A stretch of DNA of 54,437 nt from a virus (taxonomy: Duplodnaviria > Caudoviricetes). This document shows, piece by piece, positions 26,034-35,330 of this stretch (the stretch's first letter is position 1; each line of letters begins with the position of its first letter). The notes beneath the pieces are model-generated. The model did not search any database and was not told where the DNA came from. It saw only the letters and a list, made by a program, of their open reading frames with translations. The translations under genes and the position numbers were made by a program. The stretch covers positions 1-54,437 of IMG/VR virus record IMGVR_UViG_3300042807_000082; one strand, given 5' to 3'.

Positions 26034-27707
26034 ATGACTAAAGCAAGAGACCTTGCCGCCCTCTTGGGCGGAGGCACATCTGGTGTGGCTACCTTTGGCG
26101 GCACTGCCGCTATTCGGGTTCCTAACGGAACCACGGCACAACGTCCTACCGCTTCTGAGGGCATGGTTCGTTATAACAGCACACTCGGCAGAAATGAGGT
26201 GTATGACTCTATTGGCTGGACTCCAATTGCCGCACCTCCGGTGCTTACTGCCGTATCACCAGATGCATACAACGGGGAGTCTGGTACATCTTTTACGCTA
26301 AGTGGAAGTAATTTTGAGGCTAGTGCGGTTGTAAAAATTATCACCTCTAGTGGGGCTGAATTTTCTCCAGCCAGCACTTCTGTTAACAGCACATCCAGTA
26401 TTGTGGTCACGACACCGCAAGACTTTACAGTAGCCAACGGACCACTCACGATTAAGGTCACAAATCCAACTGGTCTTTCTTCTCAATTGGATGGGGCAAT
26501 TACCACCGGAACAAGTCCAACATTTAACGTTTCTGCTGGGTTGGCTGGGACGTATGTTGGCGGTGCGTCTGTAAGCCTTACCCTTGATGCCACAGATGTT
26601 GATGCTGGCTCCACTGTCACATACTCTCTTGTGTCAGGCTCTTTGCCATCTGGTCTTTCGTTAAACACCTCAACAGGAGTTGTGTCTGGAACGGCTGGAA
26701 GCCCCGGCAACTCGGAAGTAACTTCTTCATTCACCATTCGAGCGACTGATAACGCGGGTAACTATGTTGAACGAGCCTACTCGATCAAAGTCCAGCCGCA
26801 GATTGCACTGCCAGCCGCCTACCAATCCATTGTTACGAACGCCGGGAATACCGTTTACTACGTCAACGCCACATCAGGAAGCGACAACAACAATGGGACA
26901 AGCAGGGCTACTGCATTTGGGACAATTCCTAAGGCTGTCTCGGTAGCCGGAAACGATGGCGTAATTGTGCTGTCGCCGGAAGTGCATTATTTAACCGGGA
27001 ATGCATACAACCTTGGTAACTACGGGGTGGCATCTTTCACTCCAAGTAACGCAACTAGACGCATGAATCTCCGAATCATTGGCTACCCGGGGAAGACTTA
27101 TATCGTTCATTACAACCCCGGATCGGCAAACAGGGATTTCCATTTCGCACTAGGAAGTGATAACTGCGCTGTTATTGGGTGCATTCTTGAGAGAGACTTG
27201 AACGGTGGCAGTGAGGGAATGTCCTCAAACTACATGACAGCAATTTTTGGAATGAACGAAGACAACTTCGGAGCCTACTCTTCGACTACCAGATTGAAGA
27301 TCCAAAACTGCGTGATCAAAAATTGCGGTTCTTCTCCAACAAAGAGACCGGGTGGCACTAGCGGGTACGATAAGTTTTCGTGGGTGTATGACAACAATAA
27401 CAACAGTTACGCCGGTATTTACAGTTCTCTGGTTTATGGCGGCGGTTCAATTGACTGGATGAGTTCATACAGTGGCGCAAACGTGGAAGCGAATTATGTC
27501 CTTTCAAACATCAGCATGGGAACTAGCGGCGTCAGTTTCACTGGTAGCAGTAGCAACGTATCTATTGACACCTCTTTCTGGGGTCGCAGTGGACAAAGTC
27601 AGTCAGTAGCAGACTCTGGTGGTCAAGGGGTTTACTCAGGAACTTACTCTTGGCAAAACGCTACATACAACTTTGCCGTGAATTTCTACGGATCAAACTG
27701 GTCGTAG
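26034..27707 (+). CDS. Tail fibre 3 (Ig-like domains plus putative beta-helix)
   Basis: MTKARDLA, GTTAQRP, LPSGLSLN, YYVNATSGSDNNNGT...AFGTI.KA. Confidence 0.78.
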   Translation: MTKARDLAALLGGGTSGVATFGGTAAIRVPNGTTAQRPTASEGMVRYNSTLGRNEVYDSIGWTPIAAPPVLTAVSPDAYNGESGTSFTLSGSNFEASAVVKIITSSGAEFSPASTSVNSTSSIVVTTPQDFTVANGPLTIKVTNPTGLSSQLDGAITTGTSPTFNVSAGLAGTYVGGASVSLTLDATDVDAGSTVTYSLVSGSLPSGLSLNTSTGVVSGTAGSPGNSEVTSSFTIRATDNAGNYVERAYSIKVQPQIALPAAYQSIVTNAGNTVYYVNATSGSDNNNGTSRATAFGTIPKAVSVAGNDGVIVLSPEVHYLTGNAYNLGNYGVASFTPSNATRRMNLRIIGYPGKTYIVHYNPGSANRDFHFALGSDNCAVIGCILERDLNGGSEGMSSNYMTAIFGMNEDNFGAYSSTTRLKIQNCVIKNCGSSPTKRPGGTSGYDKFSWVYDNNNNSYAGIYSSLVYGGGSIDWMSSYSGANVEANYVLSNISMGTSGVSFTGSSSNVSIDTSFWGRSGQSQSVADSGGQGVYSGTYSWQNATYNFAVNFYGSNWS

Positions 27708-27724
27708 TAATAAAAGCCACAACC

Positions 27725-27747
27725 AACCCGCTTCGGCGGGTTTTTTT
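27725..27747 (+). terminator. Intrinsic terminator
   Basis: AACCCGC-TTCG-GCGGGTT plus T-run. Confidence 0.9.
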
Positions 27748-27759
27748 ATTGGAATCCTA

Positions 27760-28014
27760 GTGAGGTACATAGTGGATATGGGTTTGTTATGGAACGTCGT
27801 GCTGTCTCTACTGGTGGGGATTGTGTCGTGGATACTGAAGGAGAAGTCTGCTGAACTTCAACGCCTTCAGGTTCTGCTCAACAGAACCCGTGAAGAGGTC
27901 GCCAAAGAGTATGTAACAAAGGTGGAGGTTCACGCCGACATCAATCGAGTGCTGACACGCCTCGACATCATCGATGCCAAGTTGGATAGATTCGTTGAAA
28001 GACACGGCTCTTGA
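27760..28014 (+). CDS. Single-TM coiled-coil protein (holin-like); start may be 27778
   Basis: N-terminal TM; LLNRTREEVAKEYVTK...IDAKLD. Confidence 0.6.
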   Translation: MRYIVDMGLLWNVVLSLLVGIVSWILKEKSAELQRLQVLLNRTREEVAKEYVTKVEVHADINRVLTRLDIIDAKLDRFVERHGS

Positions 28015-28084
28015 TTGGGGCTTTGCGGCTTTCTTCATCATCCTCGACATCGGCTTATTGATTGAACTACTGAGGTTAATATGA
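27995..28084 (+). CDS. Possible 29-aa TM peptide
   Basis: TTG start, KDTALDWGFAAFFIILDIGLLIELLRLI; stop overlaps ATG 28081. Confidence 0.3.
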   Translation: MKDTALDWGFAAFFIILDIGLLIELLRLI

Positions 28085-28572
28085 GAAGCACCCTGCTATT
28101 TCTGATCGCCGTAGCGGTCATCGGTGTTGCGTCTGTCGCAAGCGCACAAGACACAACGATCAACTACAAGGGACAGCCGCCAGCATCAGCGATGGCTCCC
28201 TCGATGTCTGCCTTTTCCCAAGACGTGTGTGGCATCCCCGTATCCGGGGCTGTCAGTTCAACCGTCATTGGCGTTTCGGGCGGCACTGTCTACACAGACA
28301 AGAACTGTGAGCGCATCAAACTTGCCAAGACCCTGAACGACCTCGGATTGAAGATCACAGCGGTTGCTGTGCTTTGCCAAGACGAAAGAGTCTGGGACGC
28401 AATGGAGATGAGTGGAAGCCCATGCCCTATGGGAGGGGCTATTGGTCAACAGGCTAGGCTTGCATGGTTCAAGTTGAAGCCAGAGAAATTCAGGAAGATC
28501 TATGGCGAAGATTGGACACCTCCTGAGCCTGCTCGTGACGCTTCTGCTGATAAGCCTGCCGATAAAGAGTAA
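28081..28572 (+). CDS. Secreted Cys-containing protein of unknown function
   Basis: Signal peptide ending ASA-Q; DVC, NCERIKL, LCQD, SPCP. Confidence 0.75.
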   Translation: MRSTLLFLIAVAVIGVASVASAQDTTINYKGQPPASAMAPSMSAFSQDVCGIPVSGAVSSTVIGVSGGTVYTDKNCERIKLAKTLNDLGLKITAVAVLCQDERVWDAMEMSGSPCPMGGAIGQQARLAWFKLKPEKFRKIYGEDWTPPEPARDASADKPADKE

Positions 28573-29584
28573 CGCTCAGTCAACATCATGTTATTGCACT
28601 GGGTCGTGGACAAACGACCCACGCACCGGATACCAGTTCTGCCCTGTTAACAGCACCTGTTGGGCTTGTCAGCCCGGGGCATACGACACAACGTGGCAAA
28701 GTTACTTCTGTAACGGAGTAGCACCCGCTCCTCCACCGCCACCTCCTCCAACTTGCCAGCCAAGTTCGGAGTCCAAGACTGAAGCCTGTCCTATCCACTA
28801 CTCTGGATCGAAGATCCTGACGAGGACTAGCACTTGTCCAGACCCATACGGAACCCCGCTGTGGGGACCGTGGACGGTGTCGCAAGACACCTGTAAGCAA
28901 GACCCGCCTACCTGCAAGGTAAGCGCAGAGACCCGCACCGTAGCGTGTGACTCTGGCTACACGGGGGCGATAGAGCAAGTTAGAGCGTCGTCCTGCCCGG
29001 ACCCATACGGATCTCCTGTATGGGGTGACTGGGCTGTTAGTTCAAACACCTGTGTTAAGTCGATGACGAACCCGACTAACCCAACCAGCCCTGTGAGTCC
29101 ATTGAACCCAGCGTCTGCTGTTGCCACCCCGGTGGTTACGCCAGCGCAGGTTCCTGTGCCGCAGGAATTACCGATCATGTCTGCGCCAGAAGTTACGTCT
29201 CAGCCGGAGCAGACATCCAAGGAGACAGAGACAAAGACCACCACCTCTACCGGGGGTGGTACTGCCGATTCGAGCAGTAAGACGGAGAGGTCCGAATCGA
29301 CGGGGTCGTCCTCATCTTCTGGAAAGCCAAAGATTGGCATAGGTGGATTTGGCACAGCACTGTCGTTGGAACTCTTCGTTAAACCCGGAATTCAACAACC
29401 GAATGTCTTCATAGACATTCCCATGAATCAGGAGTTACCGAATGAGTACAGATTCTCCCAAGACTTTTTCATTGACCTTATCACCGGGGGTGATACTGGG
29501 AGGGCTTTTAACGATCTTGCCGGTGATCGGTGGCGGAGCCTACGTTGGGATAACCCAATACAACAGAGCGGTTTCGGCGATTGA
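28502..29584 (+). CDS. Secreted Cys-rich repeat protein with Pro/Thr/Ser linker
   Basis: Signal peptide ending SNA-Q; two ~53-aa repeats containing CPDPYG and WxxW. Confidence 0.72.
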   Translation: MAKIGHLLSLLVTLLLISLPIKSNAQSTSCYCTGSWTNDPRTGYQFCPVNSTCWACQPGAYDTTWQSYFCNGVAPAPPPPPPPTCQPSSESKTEACPIHYSGSKILTRTSTCPDPYGTPLWGPWTVSQDTCKQDPPTCKVSAETRTVACDSGYTGAIEQVRASSCPDPYGSPVWGDWAVSSNTCVKSMTNPTNPTSPVSPLNPASAVATPVVTPAQVPVPQELPIMSAPEVTSQPEQTSKETETKTTTSTGGGTADSSSKTERSESTGSSSSSGKPKIGIGGFGTALSLELFVKPGIQQPNVFIDIPMNQELPNEYRFSQDFFIDLITGGDTGRAFNDLAGDRWRSLRWDNPIQQSGFGD

Positions 29585-29876
29585 AGAAGTTGAAGGCATA
29601 GGCGAACTTCGCAAGGAAGTTGAAGCCCTCAAGTTAGAGAACAAGAACTTAAAAGACAGGCTCATCAACTCGATGGAGTCTGCAATCAAGGCTCAAGAAA
29701 AAGCCGCTGATGCTCTTGCCCTTTCACGGGAGACGAGGGCTATCTCTGATGGCAATAGCCGTGAGGTTCAAGCCTCACTTTCCTCGATCCGTATGGAACT
29801 CAAGTCCATCACTGATGGACTCCGTGCGGAAATGAACGCCCTCAAACGGGCGACTGTAAACCCACTAGGAAGGTAA
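29442..29876 (+). CDS. Membrane-anchored coiled-coil protein (i-spanin-like topology)
   Basis: N-terminal TM, long heptad region, NPL near the C-terminus. Confidence 0.65.
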   Translation: MSTDSPKTFSLTLSPGVILGGLLTILPVIGGGAYVGITQYNRAVSAIEEVEGIGELRKEVEALKLENKNLKDRLINSMESAIKAQEKAADALALSRETRAISDGNSREVQASLSSIRMELKSITDGLRAEMNALKRATVNPLGR

Positions 29877-29878
29877 GT

Positions 29879-30058
29879 ATGCGAGTCGTTTTATTGGCTT
29901 GTCTTCTTCTGGCTGGGTGCGGAGATCAGTTCCGCTACCCATGTCAAGACCCAGCAAACTGGGCGAAGAAAGAGTGTCAGCCGCCAGCGTGTTCTGCGGA
30001 CGGCACTTGCACAAAAGATTTGGTTGATTCGGAACTGCTGAAAGGAATTAAGAAATGA
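29879..30058 (+). CDS. 59-aa lipoprotein (o-spanin-like; not in ORF track)
   Basis: MRVVLLACLLLAG-C lipobox; RYPCQDP and four further Cys; ATGA overlap with 30055. Confidence 0.75.
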   Translation: MRVVLLACLLLAGCGDQFRYPCQDPANWAKKECQPPACSADGTCTKDLVDSELLKGIKK

Positions 30059-30357
30059 CCCCCGAGCAATATGACGCAAGACTGAGGTATTGGATTGGCA
30101 TCTTGCTGGCGTTGACGCTGGTCGGGATTGTTGGATCTGTTCTGTATTCGCTGATCTTTGTGACTCAGCCCATGAATGGGCAAGCCCCAAACGACGCTGA
30201 GTTTTTCAAACTCATTTCACCAATCGCCAACTTCATTGTTGGTGCTTTGTCTGGCGTGATGGCAAGTGCTGTTAGTTCAGCCATCAAGAAGCCGGAGCCG
30301 CCACCCCAAAAAGAACCAACCTTAGAGGAGCCGAAGGATGCTAGTAGACCTGCTTAA
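30055..30357 (+). CDS. Two-TM membrane protein
   Basis: Two hydrophobic helices; QAPND motif. Confidence 0.7.
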   Translation: MTPEQYDARLRYWIGILLALTLVGIVGSVLYSLIFVTQPMNGQAPNDAEFFKLISPIANFIVGALSGVMASAVSSAIKKPEPPPQKEPTLEEPKDASRPA

Positions 30358-30829
30358 AAGCGTAGCCCCCGGACTAGCCACAGCAGTGGCTGGACCGCTT
30401 GGTGGAGCCGCCGTATCAATGATCGCAAAGAAGTTAGGCGTTGAGGACACAGTTGAGGCTGTGACCAAGGCAGTCCAAAACGATCCTGATGCGGCTCTCA
30501 AACTCCGAGAGATTGATCTCAAGGAACTTGAGGTTCACGCCAAAGACCGGGACTCTGCTCGTAACCGCGAGGTCGAGATTGCAAAGAGCGAACACGCTCC
30601 TTACATCAACAAGATTGTCACCCCTGCCTTGGCTCTTGGCGTAACAGGACTTTCGTTTGTTCTGTTCGCCATCTTGATCTTTGTTGAGGTCAAGCCTGAG
30701 GCAAAGGACATCTTGATCTACATCCTTGGTGTTCTGTCAGCGGCAGTCACCCAGATCCTGTCCTACTACTTTGGCTCAAGCCAAGGTAGCAAAGATAAAT
30801 CAGACGAGATAAAGGCGCTCAAAAAATGA
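30338..30829 (+). CDS. Holin-like protein (3TM type)
   Basis: APGLATAVAGPLGG, DRDSARNRE, YYFGSSQGSKDK. Confidence 0.75.
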   Translation: MLVDLLKSVAPGLATAVAGPLGGAAVSMIAKKLGVEDTVEAVTKAVQNDPDAALKLREIDLKELEVHAKDRDSARNREVEIAKSEHAPYINKIVTPALALGVTGLSFVLFAILIFVEVKPEAKDILIYILGVLSAAVTQILSYYFGSSQGSKDKSDEIKALKK

Positions 30830-31290
30830 ACCTGTCACCCAACTTCACCCTATCTGAGATGACCAAGAGCGAGACCGCTCTGCGTCACGACTTGGACAAC
30901 ACACCCGGAGACGAAGAGATTGGCAACCTTAAAACACTTTGTGAGAAAGTTCTCCAGCCCGTCAGGGACCATTACGGTAAGGGTGTTAAGGTCAACTCCG
31001 GATTTCGTCACCCCAACGTCAACGCGGCAGTGGGTGGCTCCAAAACATCCGATCACTGTAAGGGTCAAGCCGCTGACATTGAGATTCCCGGGGTAGCAAA
31101 CGCAGACCTCGCTCAGTGGATCTCGGAGAACCTTGACTACACCCAACTGATTCTGGAGTTCTACACACCCGGAGTCCCTGATAGCGGGTGGGTTCACGTT
31201 TCGTACAACCCCAATGACCTAAAGAAGCAGATCCTGACTGCCACCAAGAAGGACGGCAAGACTGTCTACCTCCCCGGTCTCGTAGCCTAA
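30826..31290 (+). CDS. Endolysin, peptidase M15
   Basis: LSPNFTLSEM, SGFR, SDHCKGQAADI, QLILEF, WVHVSY. Confidence 0.9.
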   Translation: MNLSPNFTLSEMTKSETALRHDLDNTPGDEEIGNLKTLCEKVLQPVRDHYGKGVKVNSGFRHPNVNAAVGGSKTSDHCKGQAADIEIPGVANADLAQWISENLDYTQLILEFYTPGVPDSGWVHVSYNPNDLKKQILTATKKDGKTVYLPGLVA

Positions 31291-31301
31291 CGGAATAAAA
31301 G

Positions 31302-32957
31302 ATGACGACAATAGTGCTTAGAACCTTCAACGGGATGGTGAAGGGATTGAACCCTGAACTTCTCGGTGATGAGTTTGCTCAAGACGCAGTGAACACCAAG
31401 TTGATCTATGGTGACTTGCGCCCTTGGAAGGAAACTCAGACCATCACCACGCCGACCAAGGCTGGCACTAAACAGACCATCTATCGGTTTGGCGAAAACG
31501 AAACTGACGAGTCTCGTTATTGGTTTACTTGGACTACGGACGTTGATGTTGTCCGTGCGCCCATCGATAACGACACGACAGAGCGGACCTACTTTACTGG
31601 TGACGGATACCCTAAGGTAACCACGGCGGCTCGGGCTACGACGGATACTAACTATCCTTCGAATGCCTACCGCCTTGGCGTACCACCACCCAACGTATCA
31701 ACGGTAGTTCTTGGGGTGAGCGGTAGCCCAACCAGTGATACGGCAATCGCCTCGTCTGTGGCTTATGTCATCACCTACGTCAGTAGCGTGGGCGAGGAAT
31801 CTGCCCCGAGCGATCCAACGGATGTTGTGTCGTTCCAACCGGGTCAGACCATTGCCTTGACCAACTTGCCGACTGGTTCGTTTGCCAGCCCATACAACTC
31901 ACTGTCGAATGTGGATGTAGCCACCAAGCGCATCTATCGAAGCAATGCTGGATCTAAAGGTACTGACTTTCAGTTTGTGGCGGAGATCCCGCTGGCTCAA
32001 GCGTCGTATAACGACTCGGCATTGGCGGAGGATTTGCAGGAGGTAGTAGAGACTTGGGGATGGGTTCCACCCCCAGAAAGTATGGTTGGTCTGAAGTTGA
32101 TGGCTAACGGTATTGGCGTCGGATTCTCCGGCAATACCCTTTACCTATCAGAGCCGTTTGCTCTATACGCCTACCCTATCGCATATCAAATCTCCACGGA
32201 CAGTCCGATTGTGGGCTTGGGAGCCTTTGGTCAGTCAATCTTTGTTGGCACCAAGGCTAATCCTTACATCCTCTCTGGAACCGATCCTGCGTCTCTGACC
32301 ATGATCAAACTGGAGATGAAGCAAGCCTGTGTCTCCAAGCGCAGTATCGTGGAAATGAGCGGTGGCGTTGTTTACGCATCTCCGGACGGAATCGTCCGGG
32401 TTGGTCCAGACGGCATCTCTATGCTGACTACTGGGCTAATCCCCCGAGATGAATGGCAGGAGTACAACCCATCTTCCATCCACGCATACGAGTTGGACGG
32501 AAGGTACTTCGCCTTCTACGACAACGGCACGGAGCAGGGGTGCTTGGTCTTTGAATTCGCCATGAAGCCCAGCATCCACAAACTGGATCTGTACGCCACG
32601 GCTGGCTACAACGACCGCTTGCGGGACGCTTTGTACCTTGCCGTCGATGGCGACATCGTGAAGTGGGATCACGGCACGGACAACCTGACTATGACTTGGC
32701 GGTCCAAGAAGTTCAGGACTCCGTATCAGCAAAACATGGGCGCGGTGAAGATTGGTGCTGACGCTTACCCGGTGACATTCAAGTTGTACGCCAACGGCTC
32801 ACTCAAATCGACTCTGTCGATTGGGGCTGAACAGGTCTACAAGTTGCCAGCCGGGTACAAGGCTGACCGCTTCGAGTTCGAAGTAGTTGCATCAGATCAG
32901 ATTAACTACATCGCAGTGTCTGAAACTGTACGAGGAATTAGGCAAGTCAATGTCTGA
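31302..32957 (+). CDS. Tail nozzle / tubular protein B-like
   Basis: 551-aa beta-rich protein; GEESAPS, LSEPFALYAYP, YASPDG, WRSKKF. Confidence 0.75.
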   Translation: MTTIVLRTFNGMVKGLNPELLGDEFAQDAVNTKLIYGDLRPWKETQTITTPTKAGTKQTIYRFGENETDESRYWFTWTTDVDVVRAPIDNDTTERTYFTGDGYPKVTTAARATTDTNYPSNAYRLGVPPPNVSTVVLGVSGSPTSDTAIASSVAYVITYVSSVGEESAPSDPTDVVSFQPGQTIALTNLPTGSFASPYNSLSNVDVATKRIYRSNAGSKGTDFQFVAEIPLAQASYNDSALAEDLQEVVETWGWVPPPESMVGLKLMANGIGVGFSGNTLYLSEPFALYAYPIAYQISTDSPIVGLGAFGQSIFVGTKANPYILSGTDPASLTMIKLEMKQACVSKRSIVEMSGGVVYASPDGIVRVGPDGISMLTTGLIPRDEWQEYNPSSIHAYELDGRYFAFYDNGTEQGCLVFEFAMKPSIHKLDLYATAGYNDRLRDALYLAVDGDIVKWDHGTDNLTMTWRSKKFRTPYQQNMGAVKIGADAYPVTFKLYANGSLKSTLSIGAEQVYKLPAGYKADRFEFEVVASDQINYIAVSETVRGIRQVNV

Positions 32958-33933
32958 GGCAATCACGACCAACCCGCCAGCCCTATTCGCTGGCGAGACC
33001 AATCCTCCTACTGGGAGAGAGACGAGCATTCCCGCACTGCCCTCTCCTACCAACGATCCGGCGCAGATCAAGATTTTCCTCGACAAGGTCAAGGAGATTC
33101 TGGAGATCTACGAGGGCATCCGAGGCTCAAAGTACGATCAGGTGGTCACTTGGCGAGACCTGTTTCTTCAAGGCGTAGTAGAGATCAAGGCTGGGGGTAC
33201 GCTCTACGCTCCCCAGCCGGTCACCCCTGCCGTCTCCATCCCGGTAACTGGCAACGATTTCACCCCTCCCCCAGCCCCTGAGAACCTCGTGGTTGGCTCC
33301 GGGCTGGCAAACAATGTCCTGACATGGGACGCCGCCATCTACGGCAACCACGCCCTTACAGAGGTCTGGAGGGCGTCCACTGACGTTCTGGGATCAGCAG
33401 TGCTAATAGGCACTACGGACAGTTTCATCTACGCCGACAACGTCGGGGAAACATCCCAGACCTTCTACTACTGGATTCGGTTTGTCAGCAAGACAAACGT
33501 CGTGGGACCATATAACTCAAGCACTGGCACGGTAGCGACCACCGAAGCGGTTGACTCAACCCGCATCGTTGATGCCGCAATCGTGACGGCGAAGATTGCA
33601 GATTTGGCGGTTACTAACGCAAAAATCTCCAACGCTAGTATTAGCACTGCTAAAATACAAACAGCGGCGATAACTACTGCTTTGATTGCTGATGCGGCAA
33701 TCACTAACGCGAAGATCGACGACACGATTCAGAGCAATTCCTTCTCGTCGGGTTCCGCAGGTTGGCGCATCCAGAAGAGCGGTAACGCTGAGTTTAATGA
33801 CGCAGTATTCCGGGGTTCTCTGAACGTGCGAAGTGGCACTTCCGGGGCAAGGACAGAGATCACAAACAGTGTGATCAAGGTCTATGACTCATCTGGGGTA
33901 TTGCGGGTGAAGATTGGGGATCTGAACGCATGA
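32950..33933 (+). CDS. Tail tip / host-specificity protein (Fn3-like domain plus lambda J C-terminal-like region)
   Basis: PPAPENL...YYWIRFV...GP; AITNAKI repeats; GWRIQKSGNAEFN; LRVKIG. Confidence 0.75.
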   Translation: MSEAITTNPPALFAGETNPPTGRETSIPALPSPTNDPAQIKIFLDKVKEILEIYEGIRGSKYDQVVTWRDLFLQGVVEIKAGGTLYAPQPVTPAVSIPVTGNDFTPPPAPENLVVGSGLANNVLTWDAAIYGNHALTEVWRASTDVLGSAVLIGTTDSFIYADNVGETSQTFYYWIRFVSKTNVVGPYNSSTGTVATTEAVDSTRIVDAAIVTAKIADLAVTNAKISNASISTAKIQTAAITTALIADAAITNAKIDDTIQSNSFSSGSAGWRIQKSGNAEFNDAVFRGSLNVRSGTSGARTEITNSVIKVYDSSGVLRVKIGDLNA

Positions 33934-34211
33934 CCTATGGATTGAACGTCTATCAGCAAAGTGGAGCGTTGACCTACTCCACCACTGATGTGACGTGGAA
34001 TCAGGTTGACTTCTTCTTTGTCGCCGCGAACGGCAGTGCATCGAACTCCTATCCAATTCTGAGTGGTCGTGAGGTATTAACCCTGCAAGTTCTAATTGAC
34101 GCCCCGCCGACTGATCGCAAAGCGTTGGCTCACACCGTGTCCGTGAGCGGGACAACAGTCTCGGTAACGGGTGGCAATGAAAATGCTTACATTTTGGTGT
34201 TGACAAGATGA
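33930..34211 (+). CDS. Tail tip accessory protein
   Basis: MTYGLNVY start, typical of genes after J-like proteins. Confidence 0.6.
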   Translation: MTYGLNVYQQSGALTYSTTDVTWNQVDFFFVAANGSASNSYPILSGREVLTLQVLIDAPPTDRKALAHTVSVSGTTVSVTGGNENAYILVLTR

Positions 34212-35134
34212 GCCAAGGATTCATCGCCTACAACACTAGCAATCAAATTCTGATTTCTAGCGACACAAGAAACCTGCACTTCGTGCAGAAGTTGTCAACG
34301 TATGCAGAGATGCTGTACACAAATGACAATTACGGTGGCATTCGTCGTGCAAGGTACAGGGCGACTTGTTCTGTTACCCCGCTCCCGTTCATCACGATGC
34401 CGTCAACAGAGTTCTACGCGATCTCAAGAATTACCAATGCAGGTGGGAATCAGTGGGATATTGAGGTGTTGAGGACTGGAAACAGTGGGAATGTTCCTGA
34501 GATGTACATCTTTGCAGACCCAAGAGCAAGCACCGCTACCGACTCTCATGGAATGCTGGTCTATCGAGATGACGGGACTCCGTCTTTTGATAGCCGCTTA
34601 AGACCCCTTGCTATTACTGGAGGTTTATCAGTAACGCACCCATCAAATCCAAGACCATCCTTTCCCTATGGCTTGGACGCAAAGTACTGTGGGTCAAGTG
34701 AGTCTACAAGCGGTGGGTTCTTTGCGCCGACTGAGTACAACACTTACTCGTTAACTGGTCAGCCAGCAAAGCCAATGTTTTCTTTTATGAGTTTGGCTCA
34801 AGCCGAAAGGCAAGCGTCATATTCTGCCAGTGAGGAGGAGTGTGACGGAGCGACCGTAAAGGGTAACTGCGTAGGCGCACAACGAAACTATTCATGGACA
34901 TCAACGTATTGGTGTTTTTATCGTGGCGGCATTCGATACGACGGTTCCAGCATAAGAGCCGGGTGGATACCAGTCTCATTTGGTTGTAATTGGACCTATT
35001 CAAGAGACGGAGCGTTTCTTGGTATTGGCACCGGAGGCGCTTCCGGAGAGGGCGGATCTTGGCCGTACTCAAACGAGACTATCAACCTCACGTCTAACTC
35101 CGTGATTGTAGGAGACGCCTCTCGATATGATTAA
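34208..35134 (+). CDS. Tail tip accessory / receptor-binding protein
   Basis: HGMLVYRDDGTPSFDS. Confidence 0.6.
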   Translation: MSQGFIAYNTSNQILISSDTRNLHFVQKLSTYAEMLYTNDNYGGIRRARYRATCSVTPLPFITMPSTEFYAISRITNAGGNQWDIEVLRTGNSGNVPEMYIFADPRASTATDSHGMLVYRDDGTPSFDSRLRPLAITGGLSVTHPSNPRPSFPYGLDAKYCGSSESTSGGFFAPTEYNTYSLTGQPAKPMFSFMSLAQAERQASYSASEEECDGATVKGNCVGAQRNYSWTSTYWCFYRGGIRYDGSSIRAGWIPVSFGCNWTYSRDGAFLGIGTGGASGEGGSWPYSNETINLTSNSVIVGDASRYD

Positions 35135-35330
35135 ACCGTGGACTATCAACAGCATCACCGAGATGCAAAGTGGCGAGAAGTGGGTTGACTATTCAGTCAC
35201 CAAGATTGTTCACGCCGAGTGTTGCAAGAAAACAATCACCACCATGAACACTGTAATCGTCGTCCCTATTGGTGATGACGTGGACGAGTATTTGTACAAG
35301 GCATTAAAGCAAGAGGGATGGGTTGAATGA
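35127..35330 (+). CDS. Hypothetical protein
   Basis: 67 aa, coupled on both sides. Confidence 0.55.
   Translation: MIKPWTINSITEMQSGEKWVDYSVTKIVHAECCKKTITTMNTVIVVPIGDDVDEYLYKALKQEGWVE

Noticed and set aside
22370-27707. Diversity-generating retroelement or invertible fibre cassette
   Set aside because: No reverse transcriptase or invertase, and no template/variable repeat pair seen.
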